63,874 bases of DNA, filler included, from Barthelona sp. PAP020 (GCA_040182905.1; 10 parts of 10 records of this genome joined end to end with filler, not necessarily neighbours in it); one strand, 5' to 3'; shown: positions 33,439 through 44,893, counted from the whole stretch's first letter. Translations and numbers: made by a program. Notes: generated by a model not told the origin, from the sequence alone.

Positions 33439-36400
33439 CTATCGATTAGTTGAAAAATTACCTTTTTGAATGGTTATATTTATTTGTTCTTCAATTATAT
33501 GTTGGAATTCTTTTAATTGAACTGATGAATCAATAATCGAAATGTTCCTATTGCTGCTAAAAGGCTTATCTTCTCTAATCTTAACAAGAATAGATGGATG
33601 GATCAATAAAATAATGCAATGAAAGAAATCTGCCATTGTAAATATGATTTCAGGAATGGGATATTCATGAATTTCAATAATTGCGTGAGTAATTTCTCCA
33701 GTAATGGAAGCATCATACAAATCTCTAACACTATTGAAAGAAATAATATTCAATGGTAAAGTCAAAATATCCTTTCTAATTGCAACACAACCAATATTCT
33801 TACAAACGTTATATTTGCATTCAAGAACATCATAGTATTGTTTGTTGTGTAACTGATAGTCATTCGCAATAAATTCAATGTCAAACGATAAGTTTATTTG
33901 AGTTTGCGCTGTAGCTAAACAGTAGTTGATGTTGAATTGAATGTTATATGAGAAGAGTTTGTGTAGTATTTCCAAAATAGAAGAAGATAATCGTGAAATA
34001 GAAGTAATACTGTCATTAATTTCATTAATGTCTGCATCAAAAGTATTGTTCGATTCTTTGAACATCAAAAAATTCAAAATACGTTCTTCATCAAGAGAAA
34101 AATTATTTAAAGTAAATAGAATATGCATTCTACGTTCAGATTGATCAAAACAATAGAGCAATTGATCTGTTTCATTAGTCTCATTGAATTCTTTTTTCAA
34201 CCACAGAATAAACAAATGAACGAAAGAATAAAATAAATTTGAATTCCCTCTTAAAAATACATCCGGGAAGTTAACCCTAACATCATTTTTTGTTTGCTCT
34301 TCTTCTTGTTCTTCTTCTCTTGTTTTTAAATCATTAATATCTTTGATATTTTTACTGGATGAATTTATTGATGCCGAAACTGAGGCTAATGGAATTATTT
34401 TGTTAGTGCATGTGAAATTGGAGAAAAATGTTGAGAATTCATCAATAGATAACATTTCTTTCAAATTAAAATGATCCAATGATAAAGAAACAGAAGATAA
34501 ACCACTAGATTCATAAATATTGTCACTATTATTCTTTGACAAAGAATGTTTTTTATTTAGATTTGCAAAGAATGGCAATTGTGAAGGTAGTTTGTTGCTA
34601 TTGAACAAAATAATAGAACAAATATTTAACCACTCTAATTGGTTAAAAGTTTTCAAATTTTCATAGTATGAAAAAATTTCATAAAATTTAAGCAAATGTT
34701 CATTTGAACATTCAATAAAATTATCTGTATTTCTAGTTTCAATGAACAAAATTGCTAACATTTCATTTGAATAAAAATTAAATATTAATAATTTTGGTGT
34801 GTAAAGTTTGGAATTTATTTCTATATTTATTATACCTAAATCATCAATAACACCACATCTTTGTCTTTTCTTCAGATAATTAATTCTTTTAATAACTTTT
34901 GAATAGTGTTTTTGCAGTTGAAACTGTTTGAAAAAAGTTTGTAAACTTATCAGAATATTTATCGATTTTGGTGCTATGTTTAGACCATGACTATTTATTC
35001 TCACCAAACGATTTCTGCTATCAAACATAAATGTGGGGTATTCCAAACTACCAATAGTTTCGTTCATCATGTCTTCGAAGGTACTCAAAGACTCTTTTTC
35101 AGTAATATCCAATGTCATTTGTAATAAGCATTTCGAATCCAACCAAGAAATTAAGAATTGTCTGATTTGTATAATACGATTCTGAATAACTATTTTAATC
35201 TTCTTTAATTCAACCATTTCAGAACCATTCAAACTGTTAAATTGCTTTTCAATCAACTTTTCCAAATATTTAGAGGTTTCACTATCAACAAAGCACTTGT
35301 GCAAAGTATCCATGGCATATTCCAAAATATTTGCTTCAAATGCATCATAAGTACCATTCATATCTAAATGCAAATGGTTTGTCAACATTAACTTTCCATA
35401 TCTGTCAAAAATGTCAACAAACACAGGTAATTTATTCAACAATTCTGCATAAGACTTCTTAATTCGACCGTTCTCTTTGGTTTTACGCCTTTGTGAATAA
35501 AAACTTAAAACAGCTATTCCAGCAATGGCAATTATCACGCATAAAATAACAAAAAAGACCAATAAAGTAAAAAAGTACAGTTCAGCAAAACTGTAATCAT
35601 AAAATTTTAATTCACTATTTGCTGGCAAAATCATTGTTTCAATTCCAAACCGATCTAAAATGGGTGCACTAAAAATATTTTCACATGATGGTGCATCTAA
35701 AGGTGGTATTTCTTCAATAGAAACACCATTCAATAATTGCATCACTAAAGCACCTGCTTTCGCGGAATATTTGCTTTCAGATATTACACAACCTCCAATG
35801 GTTGAATTTTCAAATATGAGAGATTCAAAACTAGTAAAAATGGGAAAATTGCTAACTTCTGTCATCTTTCGCAAACCTGACTTGGCTGTAAAAAAATTAT
35901 TGTTCATATCTGAATAATAATGCAAAAACATCCCAATTGTACTCTTTGAATTCCATCGTTTTTCTTGCAAAACTTCAATAACTTCATCAAATGTTGTTAA
36001 CCCTTCAGTAATAAAGTGAATATTTATTGATTGTTTCAAATCATTAGGATATGTCTTATACTCTCGATAAAAATGATTCTTGACTGATAGTCCAATATTT
36101 GTGATATCATAAATAACCAAAACATCAGTCAAAGAAGGCATTAAAGATTTTCCCAACTTTATATTCATCGCCCAATTTACAGTTTCAAAAACTCCAGTTG
36201 AATATGAAGGAATCTCACCTCGAACTCTATTATTAATACCAATAAAAACAACAGGCACTTGCCACAGTTGATCATAGTATTTTTCAACAAAATCTAAGGC
36301 ATAATCATCAACTGTAATAATAATATGGGGATATCGAGCTCCACAAAATTTGTCCTGTAAAATGGCAACTATGTTATTTTCATATTCGTCTGTAATATTT

Positions 36401-36615
36401 GCAAATTTGGCATTTAAATATTCAACCTGAAACTCAATATACATATCAGGAATTGCATTAAAGTAATCTCGAAAACCGTTTTCTAATGCCATAGTCCATG
36501 GATAATTGGTACTGTATGATAATAAACATAATATTTTTCGACTACTACTGTAGCAATAAATAATAGTTGGAAATGTTAATATTAATATTATGATTCCAAT
36601 TAATTGTATTTTCAT
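33439..36615 (-). CDS. Membrane receptor: signal peptide, bacterial periplasmic-binding-type sensor domain, TM helix, PAS-like region, degenerate histidine kinase/receiver-like C-terminus
   Basis: KILCLLSYSTNYPWT...VEYLNAK...IIITVDDYALDF...VPVVFIGINN...TGVFE...IGGCVIS matches the extracellular domain of bacterial sensor kinases; TM FFTLLVFFVILCVIIAIAGIAVLSFY; C-terminal assignment is tentative. Confidence 0.75.
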   Translation of the reverse strand: MKIQLIGIIILILTFPTIIYCYSSSRKILCLLSYSTNYPWTMALENGFRDYFNAIPDMYIEFQVEYLNAKFANITDEYENNIVAILQDKFCGARYPHIIITVDDYALDFVEKYYDQLWQVPVVFIGINNRVRGEIPSYSTGVFETVNWAMNIKLGKSLMPSLTDVLVIYDITNIGLSVKNHFYREYKTYPNDLKQSINIHFITEGLTTFDEVIEVLQEKRWNSKSTIGMFLHYYSDMNNNFFTAKSGLRKMTEVSNFPIFTSFESLIFENSTIGGCVISESKYSAKAGALVMQLLNGVSIEEIPPLDAPSCENIFSAPILDRFGIETMILPANSELKFYDYSFAELYFFTLLVFFVILCVIIAIAGIAVLSFYSQRRKTKENGRIKKSYAELLNKLPVFVDIFDRYGKLMLTNHLHLDMNGTYDAFEANILEYAMDTLHKCFVDSETSKYLEKLIEKQFNSLNGSEMVELKKIKIVIQNRIIQIRQFLISWLDSKCLLQMTLDITEKESLSTFEDMMNETIGSLEYPTFMFDSRNRLVRINSHGLNIAPKSINILISLQTFFKQFQLQKHYSKVIKRINYLKKRQRCGVIDDLGIINIEINSKLYTPKLLIFNFYSNEMLAILFIETRNTDNFIECSNEHLLKFYEIFSYYENLKTFNQLEWLNICSIILFNSNKLPSQLPFFANLNKKHSLSKNNSDNIYESSGLSSVSLSLDHFNLKEMLSIDEFSTFFSNFTCTNKIIPLASVSASINSSSKNIKDINDLKTREEEQEEEQTKNDVRVNFPDVFLRGNSNLFYSFVHLFILWLKKEFNETNETDQLLYCFDQSERRMHILFTLNNFSLDEERILNFLMFKESNNTFDADINEINDSITSISRLSSSILEILHKLFSYNIQFNINYCLATAQTQINLSFDIEFIANDYQLHNKQYYDVLECKYNVCKNIGCVAIRKDILTLPLNIISFNSVRDLYDASITGEITHAIIEIHEYPIPEIIFTMADFFHCIILLIHPSILVKIREDKPFSSNRNISIIDSSVQLKEFQHIIEEQINITIQKGNFSTNR

Positions 36616-37080
36616 GCTGATTATTACATCAATTTTTCCATAAAAGACTTTTGTTTCTCTTTTCCTGAATAATCTTCAATTTTTGTATTATAACCTCATA
36701 AATGTTTTATTTAAATTCAATTTATTTTCTAAATGAAAAAGAGATTTGAATTTTGCGATTATCTTTTTTTTTTTCAATCTCATGCATTTTTTGCACAAAG
36801 GGCAAGTTCCTATTTACAAAAAATTGTAAATACTTATCTTAAATGTTAAGTGCTTTAATAGTTTTCTATGAACATTGTTCTTTAAAATAATTGGAAAGCA
36901 ATTTTGTGTGTTGCCATGTTCTATTTAATAACTTCATAAATTCCTGTACGTTATCATCTTTCTCTCAAAATTAACTCTCAATTTATTGCCCAAAGAATGT
37001 AATCTTTTTTTTTTTACTAACAATGGATATTATGTTAAATTAAGTGAAAAATTAACATAAAGAAAAGAAAAAATAGTAGC

Positions 37081-38262
37081 ATGCTTCTTTGGAGAATTAA
37101 TGAAAATAATTGGAGAGAAATTGATGGCATGGATTTCAATTTTATGAATGATTGTGCCTATTCACCAAATGGTGAATTTTTAATTATTGTAAGTTATCAA
37201 GAAGTTTATATCATTGATATGAAAACTGAAAAACTGAAACACACTTTGAAAGTTCATACAAATCAGGTAAATGCAGTTTCCTTTTCACAAGATGGTCAGT
37301 TTTTTGCGACATGTTCCCTTGAACGTATTATTATTATATTTAGACTTGAAGATTTCTCTATTGTGAGAAAGTTTAAAAATGACACCTATACATATGGAAT
37401 TTGCTTTTCAAATTGTGGTAATTTCTTGTATTCAAGTGATTACAATGGATATTTGAAGAAATGGAATGTAATTGATGGAATAATTCTTTTGAAAACAATT
37501 ATTCATTCAAGTGGAATTTGTATGTTAAAATTTTGCTCAAATAGAAATTATATTTTAACAGGGAGCGATGATAGCACCGCTAAATTAGTTGACCATGATG
37601 ATTTGTCTGTTGTACATACATTCAATCAATGTGCCTGTGTTAGAGCCATTGATTTTCATCCAACCAAATTGATTATTGCTGTTGGTGATGAAAAGTGCAA
37701 AGTAAAATTGTGGAATATGGGAAATGGACTGTATATTCATTCCTTCAATTTGGGCGGATATGTGTCTTCACTTCATTTTTTAAACAGGAGTATTCTTGTG
37801 GTTTCTTCTGCTGATGGTTATGTTATTTCGTTTGATGTTGATTCTTTTCAACAGATTCAGAAAATTCACTGTGGTCTTAATAATCACAGTTCTTTTGCAA
37901 TTTCATCAAAACTCTATCAATTGGCTTGTGGAAAATGTTTTAATAATAATATTAGAATTTATTCAATCATCCATTCATATGACACATCAAACCATGTTGA
38001 ACTAATCGAATTATCCAGGGAGAATGTTTCTGTGTTATCAAATCTTATTGATGCAGGTGTGGAAACTGATATCATTCGACAATTGGTGAGATCAGGGATT
38101 TGGATAAATAGAGAAGAATATCAAATGATCTTCGACATTTGTTGGGATTTAATTGATATTAATGAAAACAATGGAGGGAATATGAATGAGTTTATTGATA
38201 ATAGAACCAATTTTTGTGCTGATAATGACAGTGATGGATTTGAAGATGAAGATGAAAATTGA
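37081..38262 (+). CDS. WD40 repeat protein with family-specific C-terminal domain
   Basis: YSPNG, HTNQVNAVSFSQDGQFFATCS, LTGSDD; paralog of 53516-54730. Confidence 0.88.
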   Translation: MLLWRINENNWREIDGMDFNFMNDCAYSPNGEFLIIVSYQEVYIIDMKTEKLKHTLKVHTNQVNAVSFSQDGQFFATCSLERIIIIFRLEDFSIVRKFKNDTYTYGICFSNCGNFLYSSDYNGYLKKWNVIDGIILLKTIIHSSGICMLKFCSNRNYILTGSDDSTAKLVDHDDLSVVHTFNQCACVRAIDFHPTKLIIAVGDEKCKVKLWNMGNGLYIHSFNLGGYVSSLHFLNRSILVVSSADGYVISFDVDSFQQIQKIHCGLNNHSSFAISSKLYQLACGKCFNNNIRIYSIIHSYDTSNHVELIELSRENVSVLSNLIDAGVETDIIRQLVRSGIWINREEYQMIFDICWDLIDINENNGGNMNEFIDNRTNFCADNDSDGFEDEDEN

Positions 38263-38653
38263 CAGTGCATTTGTCATTGTGAATCAACAAAGATATCAGA
38301 TTGGGTAACAAAAAGGGTTGTCTTTTATTTTAAGAGAAAATATTAGGGAAATTGACTGATGAAGCTGCAAAAGAAAACTCTAACCATGAACAGTAAAAGT
38401 TTTTATTTTCGTTTATTATTATGTGTTCGCAGCAAAAGCGAATGGATTTCACGCAAAAGACCATATAAATATGTTTAAGGTTTCTTCTTGCAATTTCTGA
38501 TATTAATAGATATCAAAATTGAAAGTGAAATCACAACAAAGAATCAAATGATTNNNNNNNNNNNNNNNNNNNNNNNNNNNNNNNNNNNNNNNNNNNNTTA
38601 ATTAATTAANNNNNNNNNNNNNNNNNNNNNNNNNNNNNNNNNNNNNNNNNNNN

Positions 38654-38841
38654 CCTTTGTATACTGAACCATCTCTGTATGTAAACAGACCAAAACCATG
38701 CTTTTTGCTGTCTATCCATTGTCCTTTGTAGGATGTTCCATCAGGATAATATACGGTATTTTTTGTTCCTTCTCGATTCGATAACATTTCCCTAGAAGTA
38801 GCATTTTTAAATGTGCCATACAAATTTGTCGTCTCAAACAT
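38654..38841 (-). CDS. MORN repeat protein (MORN3-like), 5' part
   Basis: TVYYPDGTSYKGQWIDSKKHGFGLFTYRDGSVYK. Confidence 0.8.
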
Positions 38842-39135
38842 GTTGCACAAAAAATAAAAAGAAATTTTTGAAAGGGATTTTTTACAAAAAAGTCCCAATG
38901 ATCTTTTTTGTTGATAAGTTTACCACTAAAAAAAATATATCAAAATAATGATAAATCAAATTGAAAATTTTGAAAATGGCAAAAGTTTGTTTATTTTGGC
39001 TAATTTCTTGTTTCATTCAACAAAATTGATTCATTTTAGATGATGAAAAAAGAATTTTTTTGTGAAAAATATTGGTGAAAAGGGGAATTGAAAGTATTCA
39101 TCAAAAAATCTCTCCTTTAATTCTTTTTTTTTTTC

Positions 39136-39889
39136 ATGAACAAAGTTATTCTTGTTTGTTTAGCTCTTTGTCTTAGCTCTACATTTGCCTTTTTACCAGG
39201 TTTAAAATCATCTTCTGCACCCGCTCAAGCTTCCAATTTTGATATCCTTTCAGGGTTTTTAATTTGATCAATTAATATTTCTAACTATTTATAGAAGCTG
39301 GAAATTTTCCGTTTGTGATATTTCTGAAGACAACGAATGTGATGTTAACAGAGTCTTTGTTCTCAACACCACAAAGGATGAATCAATTCTTGCTGGTCAA
39401 TTCTTTGATAACTCAACTGAACCTCTTTTTGAAGTGAAATTTGTTAGAGTTGAATTTGATGATCCCAACTTAGCTGTTGTTTTTATTGATGATGCTGAAG
39501 TTGCCACTTTTTCCATTGTTTTTGATAAGAAGAACGGAGCTTCTTTGGCCCAAATTCGTACTGAAACTCGTTTACTTCGTGCTCAATTTGTTAACCCAAC
39601 TCGTTTTGTTGCCACTTTGTATGACAATGGTAAGACCTTTGAAATTGTTGGTGAAAAGTTTGGCCTTAAACAACCTGGTATGATTCAAAAAATGTTGCCT
39701 ATGATTCTTATGATGGGTATGATGGTTGTTCCTCAAATATTAAGAGCTCGTCAACAAATCAAGAGTCAACAAAGAGCTAATACTCGTCAACAACAACCTG
39801 CCACTGAAGCTGGTGAAGAAATTGAAGAAATTGACGAAACTAATGTTGGTGAAGCAGACAATGATGCTGTTGCTGAAGAAACCAATTAA
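39136..39889 (+). CDS. Type I membrane protein with signal peptide (exons 39136-39254 and 39295-39889)
   Basis: Signal peptide MNKVILVCLALCLSSTFA; removing the 40-nt intron GTTTTT...CTAACTATTTATAG restores the frame; C-terminal TM LPMILMMGMMVVPQIL. Confidence 0.75.
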
Positions 39890-39999
39890 TTGGAACTTGT
39901 GTTTAAATATAGTACAAATAAATTTATAGTATTATAAATTTTTTTTTCTTGGTTTGTTTACTGTAAATTTTTTATAAATAGGCTGTTTTTTCGGTTAAC

Positions 40000-41329
40000 A
40001 TGATTTCAACAATCTTGGCTTGTAATCAAAAAGGTGAAATTTTAGCATGTAGAAATTATCTTGAAGGAATATGGTAATTTTTGTCTTTTGGAAAATGAAA
40101 TCTAATGTTTATTTAGTCAATCTGACATAGATTATTTTAAATCTCAAGTTATTTCCAGAAAATCTGTTGAAAATCCAATAATCGTTCGTGGTGAATCTAC
40201 TTTTTTATATGTATGCAGGAATAATGTTTTATTAGTGGCTTGCTTTCATAGAAATGCGAATGTTGCTGAAGGTTTTGAGTTTTTATATGGTTTAATTCGA
40301 GTTTTTGAGGAAGAAATGGGAATTTTAAATGATGAATCAATTAAAAACAACTTTATTTTTGTTTCTCAAATTTTGGAAGAAAGCTGCGAGACGGGAATTC
40401 CCCAAAATACTGCTACAAGTGCTTTGAGGTTGGTTATCAAGGAAGATGTGACTCGGTCTTCATTTGAAACTGATCAAGTTGCTATTCAAGCGACAGGTAA
40501 GATTAGTCATCGAAAATCAGGTATTCATTATGATAGGAATGAAATTGTATTGTATGTTACTGAAGAAATTGATTTGTTGATGAGTAGTTCAGGACATATT
40601 TTAAATTCTGAAATTAGAGGTGTTATTAAAGCTCATTGTTTTCTTTCTGGAATGCCTGATTGTCAACTTCGTTTGAATGAACAAATAATGATGAGAAATA
40701 ATTCTTTTCAAAGTTGCCGCAGAAAGAACGGATCAGTGATTTCCATTGAAGATTGGCATTTTGACCAATGTGTTAGAACATCTGAACTGGAAACTGGTCA
40801 TTCCATCAATTTTATTCCACCTGATGGAGATTTTGAACTAATGAACTACCGAGTTTCTAACGTTGAATGGAATCCCTTTGCCGTTTCCCCATTAATTAAT
40901 GAACTTTCTTCAAGTAAAATTGAATATAAAGTAACTATTTCTTCAACTTATGAAGCCGATAAGAAAGCCACTAATGTTGTTGTTATTATTCCTGTTCCAC
41001 CAAATTCAAGTGGTGCTGTTTTAAGAGTATCGTCTGGGGCGGGTCATGCAAAGTTTGAGCCCGAAAATGGAGGTATAGTTTGGAAAATTCCTTCATTTGA
41101 TGGAAACACATCATATTCTTTGACTGGAGAAGTTGATTTATTGAACATATATTCGAGAACACAAAAAGTTTGGAATAGACCACCAATTTCTTTGGATTTC
41201 CAGCTTAGACACATGGCTGTTTCTGGTTTACAAATAAAACACCTGAAAATTATCACATCTGAAAATTATTTTGCTGAAAAATATGCTTTATATGTTACAA
41301 AAGCAGGCAAATACCATATCAGATTTTAA
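40000..41329 (+). CDS. AP2M1: Adaptor complex mu subunit, AP-2 mu-like (exons 40000-40073 and 40117-41329)
   Basis: MISTILACNQKGEIL.CRNY; 43-nt intron GTAATT...CTAATGTTTATTTAG; IKNNF, QATGKISHR, FLSGMPDC.LRLN, FIPPDGDFELMNYR, W.RPPISLDF, Y.TKAG.Y.IRF. Confidence 0.88.
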
Positions 41330-41511
41330 TAAACAATATTTTCCTTTATTTTACAATTTATCAAATTAACAAAAAAGGAAAGGTAACAACAAAATACATT
41401 TATAAAGATAAAAAAAGATAAAAAAAGATCAACAATTGAATGAAGAAACATCACTTAAATAACACGAAACAAAGAGAATATACAAAAAAAATCAAATGTA
41501 AACAAAACAAA

Positions 41512-41778
41512 TTACTCATCGAATCCGTAAATTTCATTTTCTAATTCAAATATTTTTTCAGCGGGACATAAGGCAGGGGTTTCCAAAGATTGTTCAACAA
41601 TTTCCTTCAAATCTGGATCTGTAAAAAACTTGATTGTAAAAGTGATAGGATCTTCGGGTTTGGCAGCATGTAACATTCGATAATATGCAGTAAACATGTT
41701 TTCAATCATTGGATTTTTTCTAACATATTCCATATCTTCATGAAATATTTCCTTTTTTGTTGGAATATGGTCTTGCAT
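41512..41778 (-). CDS. RIIa/Dpy-30-type dimerization-docking domain protein (RIIAD1-like)
   Basis: EYVRKNPMIENMFTAYYRMLHAAKPEDPITFTIKFFTDPDL. Confidence 0.7.
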   Translation of the reverse strand: MQDHIPTKKEIFHEDMEYVRKNPMIENMFTAYYRMLHAAKPEDPITFTIKFFTDPDLKEIVEQSLETPALCPAEKIFELENEIYGFDE

Positions 41779-41945
41779 TGATGAAAGAAAAGAAAAATGA
41801 AAAAATTCCTTCAACCATTTTTTTTATCAGAATTTGTTCAATTATTTAGCAACTTTTTTTTTTTTATAGTGGTGTGAAATAAAATAAAAGAAAAAAAAAG
41901 AATTTTTTTTTTGAATTAAAATAAACAAATTTCCTTTTTCCATTT

Positions 41946-43730
41946 ATGAGTGAACCGGTAAAGTTTCCTCTGCGAATATTAGAACCTTGTGTATCTAAAA
42001 ATAAGAGTGGCAACTGCAAATTTGTTGTAAGAAATTCTGCATATTTTGGTGTTGCAAAAACATATGCTATATTGTCCAATTTTGATTCTCATGAAAATTA
42101 TTATTGTTTTAAAGAGATGTCTCGATTAGTTCGTGGAGATAACAAGAGTATTTTTAATTTTTCTTTGATACGAATTATTTTGGATGAAGGAAATCTTACC
42201 GTTGTTACAGGTATTAATGCAATGCCAAAAATATATTTTGATACTGGGTTAAATGTTAATATTGAAGATACCAAACCATATTTTCTTTTTTCTTTGGATG
42301 ATTCACAAGCTATTTTAGATTATAATGAAGAGTTTAATGTATATGAAAAAAGTTTTAATGGAGAATTAAGAAAAACTAGCCAAGATTCTCTTAAAGTTCA
42401 TTGTGAGATAGTTACTGTACACAATAGTCTAGCCCCTGGTGAGTTAGCTGCTACTAAGGATCATTTGATTGCTGTTCAAATTATGTCTACACCTAAAAAG
42501 TTACCACAAAAATGCTTTGTTCATTTTTTTTCTTCTGCCACATCATTCGTTCCTTTAGATCTACATTGTAAACTTCATTCTATCGGTTATTCCAAAGAAA
42601 TGGAAAATTCTGATGGTGATGATTTGAATAGATTGGTCGATCTTATTCAAAAGATTGGCACTGTTGCTTCTAGAACTAAGTTTGATGCAGATATTGAAAA
42701 TTACCTGATAAATCGAATGATTTTGATTTCTTCAGTCCCTGAATATGATTTACTAACGGTTGTTGAGAATCAGTTGTGTCCTGGAGTTTTATTTCCAGCG
42801 TTGGCTGTTAAAACTCATCAAATAGAGATGATAGTTGCTAAAGTTTATAATAGTGGGTACATGTCTGCGCAGCAACCCAACTACTATGCAAATGAAATGG
42901 GAATGATGGGTTTTCCAAATCAAAATCAAATCTCCCCTTATATGACTGCCAATCCGGCAATTGGATATGAGCCTTCACCCATGATAAATGTGTCACAGTC
43001 TCCTGATTTGAGACCTACTGGAAACTTTTTGAACAACCAGAATTTTATGAATACAAATAATTCTTTTTATAATTCAGCTGATAATTTTATGTTGCAAATG
43101 CATCAGATTCCACCTTTAACTCAATATCAAAATTACCAATTGCAAAGCATGTATCCAGGTATGCAAGGAATTCAAGGAATTGATACCTTACCAAACTTAT
43201 CAGAACAACATGAAGAAGATTTATCTTTAATTGGTTCCTCAATTGGCGGTTTTTCCATGATTAATCCTCAAGATAAATCAAGAATAGATAATAATGATGA
43301 ACAAACCATAAGCCCATTGAATGAAGGAAATCATATCCAACCACCTTCTTTAGATGCTGATCCTGCTGATTCTTTGATGGCTCAAATAAATAATTTGCAG
43401 ACCCCACAGTTAATGCCTTCAGCTTCCTCTTTTAGTCCTGCTAATCCTTATTTAATGAAACCCAATTATCATTTAACCTCACAATTCATGCCTAATTATG
43501 CTTATAGAGGTTCAAATATGGGTGCCATGAACCCCAATTCAACGAGATCTCCTAATTTTCAACCATCTTTCCACCCCCAAAATTATTCTCAACAATTCAT
43601 TCAATCTGCTCCTTTGTATCCTACTGACATCTCAAATTTCATGAATCAGAATGATTCAAATGAAGATTCATATGTACAAAGACTCAACAGTATGAATTTA
43701 GTTCCCAGTAATGACAATTTTAGATTATAA
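41946..43730 (+). CDS. Hypothetical protein, globular N-terminus and Q/N/M/P-rich C-terminus (putative transcription regulator)
   Basis: 594-aa ORF; low-complexity activation-domain-like C-terminal half. Confidence 0.7.
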   Translation: MSEPVKFPLRILEPCVSKNKSGNCKFVVRNSAYFGVAKTYAILSNFDSHENYYCFKEMSRLVRGDNKSIFNFSLIRIILDEGNLTVVTGINAMPKIYFDTGLNVNIEDTKPYFLFSLDDSQAILDYNEEFNVYEKSFNGELRKTSQDSLKVHCEIVTVHNSLAPGELAATKDHLIAVQIMSTPKKLPQKCFVHFFSSATSFVPLDLHCKLHSIGYSKEMENSDGDDLNRLVDLIQKIGTVASRTKFDADIENYLINRMILISSVPEYDLLTVVENQLCPGVLFPALAVKTHQIEMIVAKVYNSGYMSAQQPNYYANEMGMMGFPNQNQISPYMTANPAIGYEPSPMINVSQSPDLRPTGNFLNNQNFMNTNNSFYNSADNFMLQMHQIPPLTQYQNYQLQSMYPGMQGIQGIDTLPNLSEQHEEDLSLIGSSIGGFSMINPQDKSRIDNNDEQTISPLNEGNHIQPPSLDADPADSLMAQINNLQTPQLMPSASSFSPANPYLMKPNYHLTSQFMPNYAYRGSNMGAMNPNSTRSPNFQPSFHPQNYSQQFIQSAPLYPTDISNFMNQNDSNEDSYVQRLNSMNLVPSNDNFRL

Positions 43731-43788
43731 ATATGCCTGCTTCAATTTTTTTCCTTCAAAAACAAAAGACTACAAACATTTACAACCA

Positions 43789-44379
43789 CTAATCTTCTTC
43801 AATTATCAATTTATAGCGACTCAATAAAACAGGAACATGTCTCAATGTGGAACTTCTTGTTTTCATCAATTCGGATAAACTTAGCAATGAAACAGTTTGA
43901 TTTTCAAAGGTACTGCAACTTATGACATTCTTCGGAACATCCATTAAATAAATGGAAATTATTTCTTTGGGTTCACTAATATTACCAGGAACATAAGGAA
44001 GAATTTCACTTCCAAATTGAGGTAAATACCATTTTCCCAACAATGAAATTATTTTTGTGCTAAATATTTGGTCTTCTTCTTCTGCCAGTTGTCTGAATAT
44101 CAAGTTTTGAAAATCTTTCATTTCATCAATTGAATCTTGGGGTAAAGAACCACCAGGTAAATTATAAAGGTCGTTACCATTATCTAAAACCAAAACTACA
44201 GGTTCATTATTTTGATGAAACAACATAACTCCAAAACTGGAATGAACTGGTCCAAACTTTTCATAACGCGAACGAATTTCATTTAAAGGCAACAGTCCAT
44301 CGTATGATCCAGATTTTCTTGTTTCACTAACACGAATATAATCTGATGATTTAACAGAAATAGAAGGGGTAATAAGCAT
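43789..44379 (-). CDS. NUDT21: Cleavage factor Im 25 kDa subunit (Nudix fold)
   Basis: GVMLFHQ..PVVLVL, YNLPGG, LGKWY.PQF...LPYVP..IS.PKE, VPVLLSRY. Confidence 0.85.
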   Translation of the reverse strand: MLITPSISVKSSDYIRVSETRKSGSYDGLLPLNEIRSRYEKFGPVHSSFGVMLFHQNNEPVVLVLDNGNDLYNLPGGSLPQDSIDEMKDFQNLIFRQLAEEEDQIFSTKIISLLGKWYLPQFGSEILPYVPGNISEPKEIISIYLMDVPKNVISCSTFENQTVSLLSLSELMKTRSSTLRHVPVLLSRYKLIIEED

Positions 44380-44506
44380 GGGTTTTATTGAGATTTTAAA
44401 CTAGATAATTGCTAGGATAAAAAATCAAACAATAAAAAAATTGAGTGAATCTCATTTTCTTCCAAAATTTTTTTTGTACAATTTATTAACCTAAGTTTTT
44501 CAAAAC

Positions 44507-44893
44507 ATGTCTGTTGAAGACAAAAAACAACAAGCAAATCAATTTTATAGATCCCAGAACTATGGCAAAGCATTGAAACTTTACACTGAAGCAATTCAAA
44601 TCGATCCAAATATTCCGTCTTTATATGCTAATCGTGCTGCAGCGTCAATGATGCTTGGTAGATATGATGATTCTGTTGCTGATTGTGATGAAGCCATTTC
44701 TTTGGACCCCGCATATTCTAAAGCGTATAAACGTATTGGCAAATGTTTCACTGCTTTGGCTGATTTTGATAAGGGTATTGAGAAGTTAAACTCCTATTTG
44801 GAGATTACAGGTGTAAACAGGGAAGATGTTGCTGTTGAATTAAGAAAATTATCCAAAGCAAAGGATGATTTTTTGGAAGCCTTAAAGTATTTA
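44507..44893 (+). CDS. TPR co-chaperone (DNAJC7-like), 5' part
   Basis: ANQFYRSQNYGKALKLYTEAI..DP....YANRAAASMMLGRY...DC..AI.LDP.Y.KAY.R. Confidence 0.8.
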
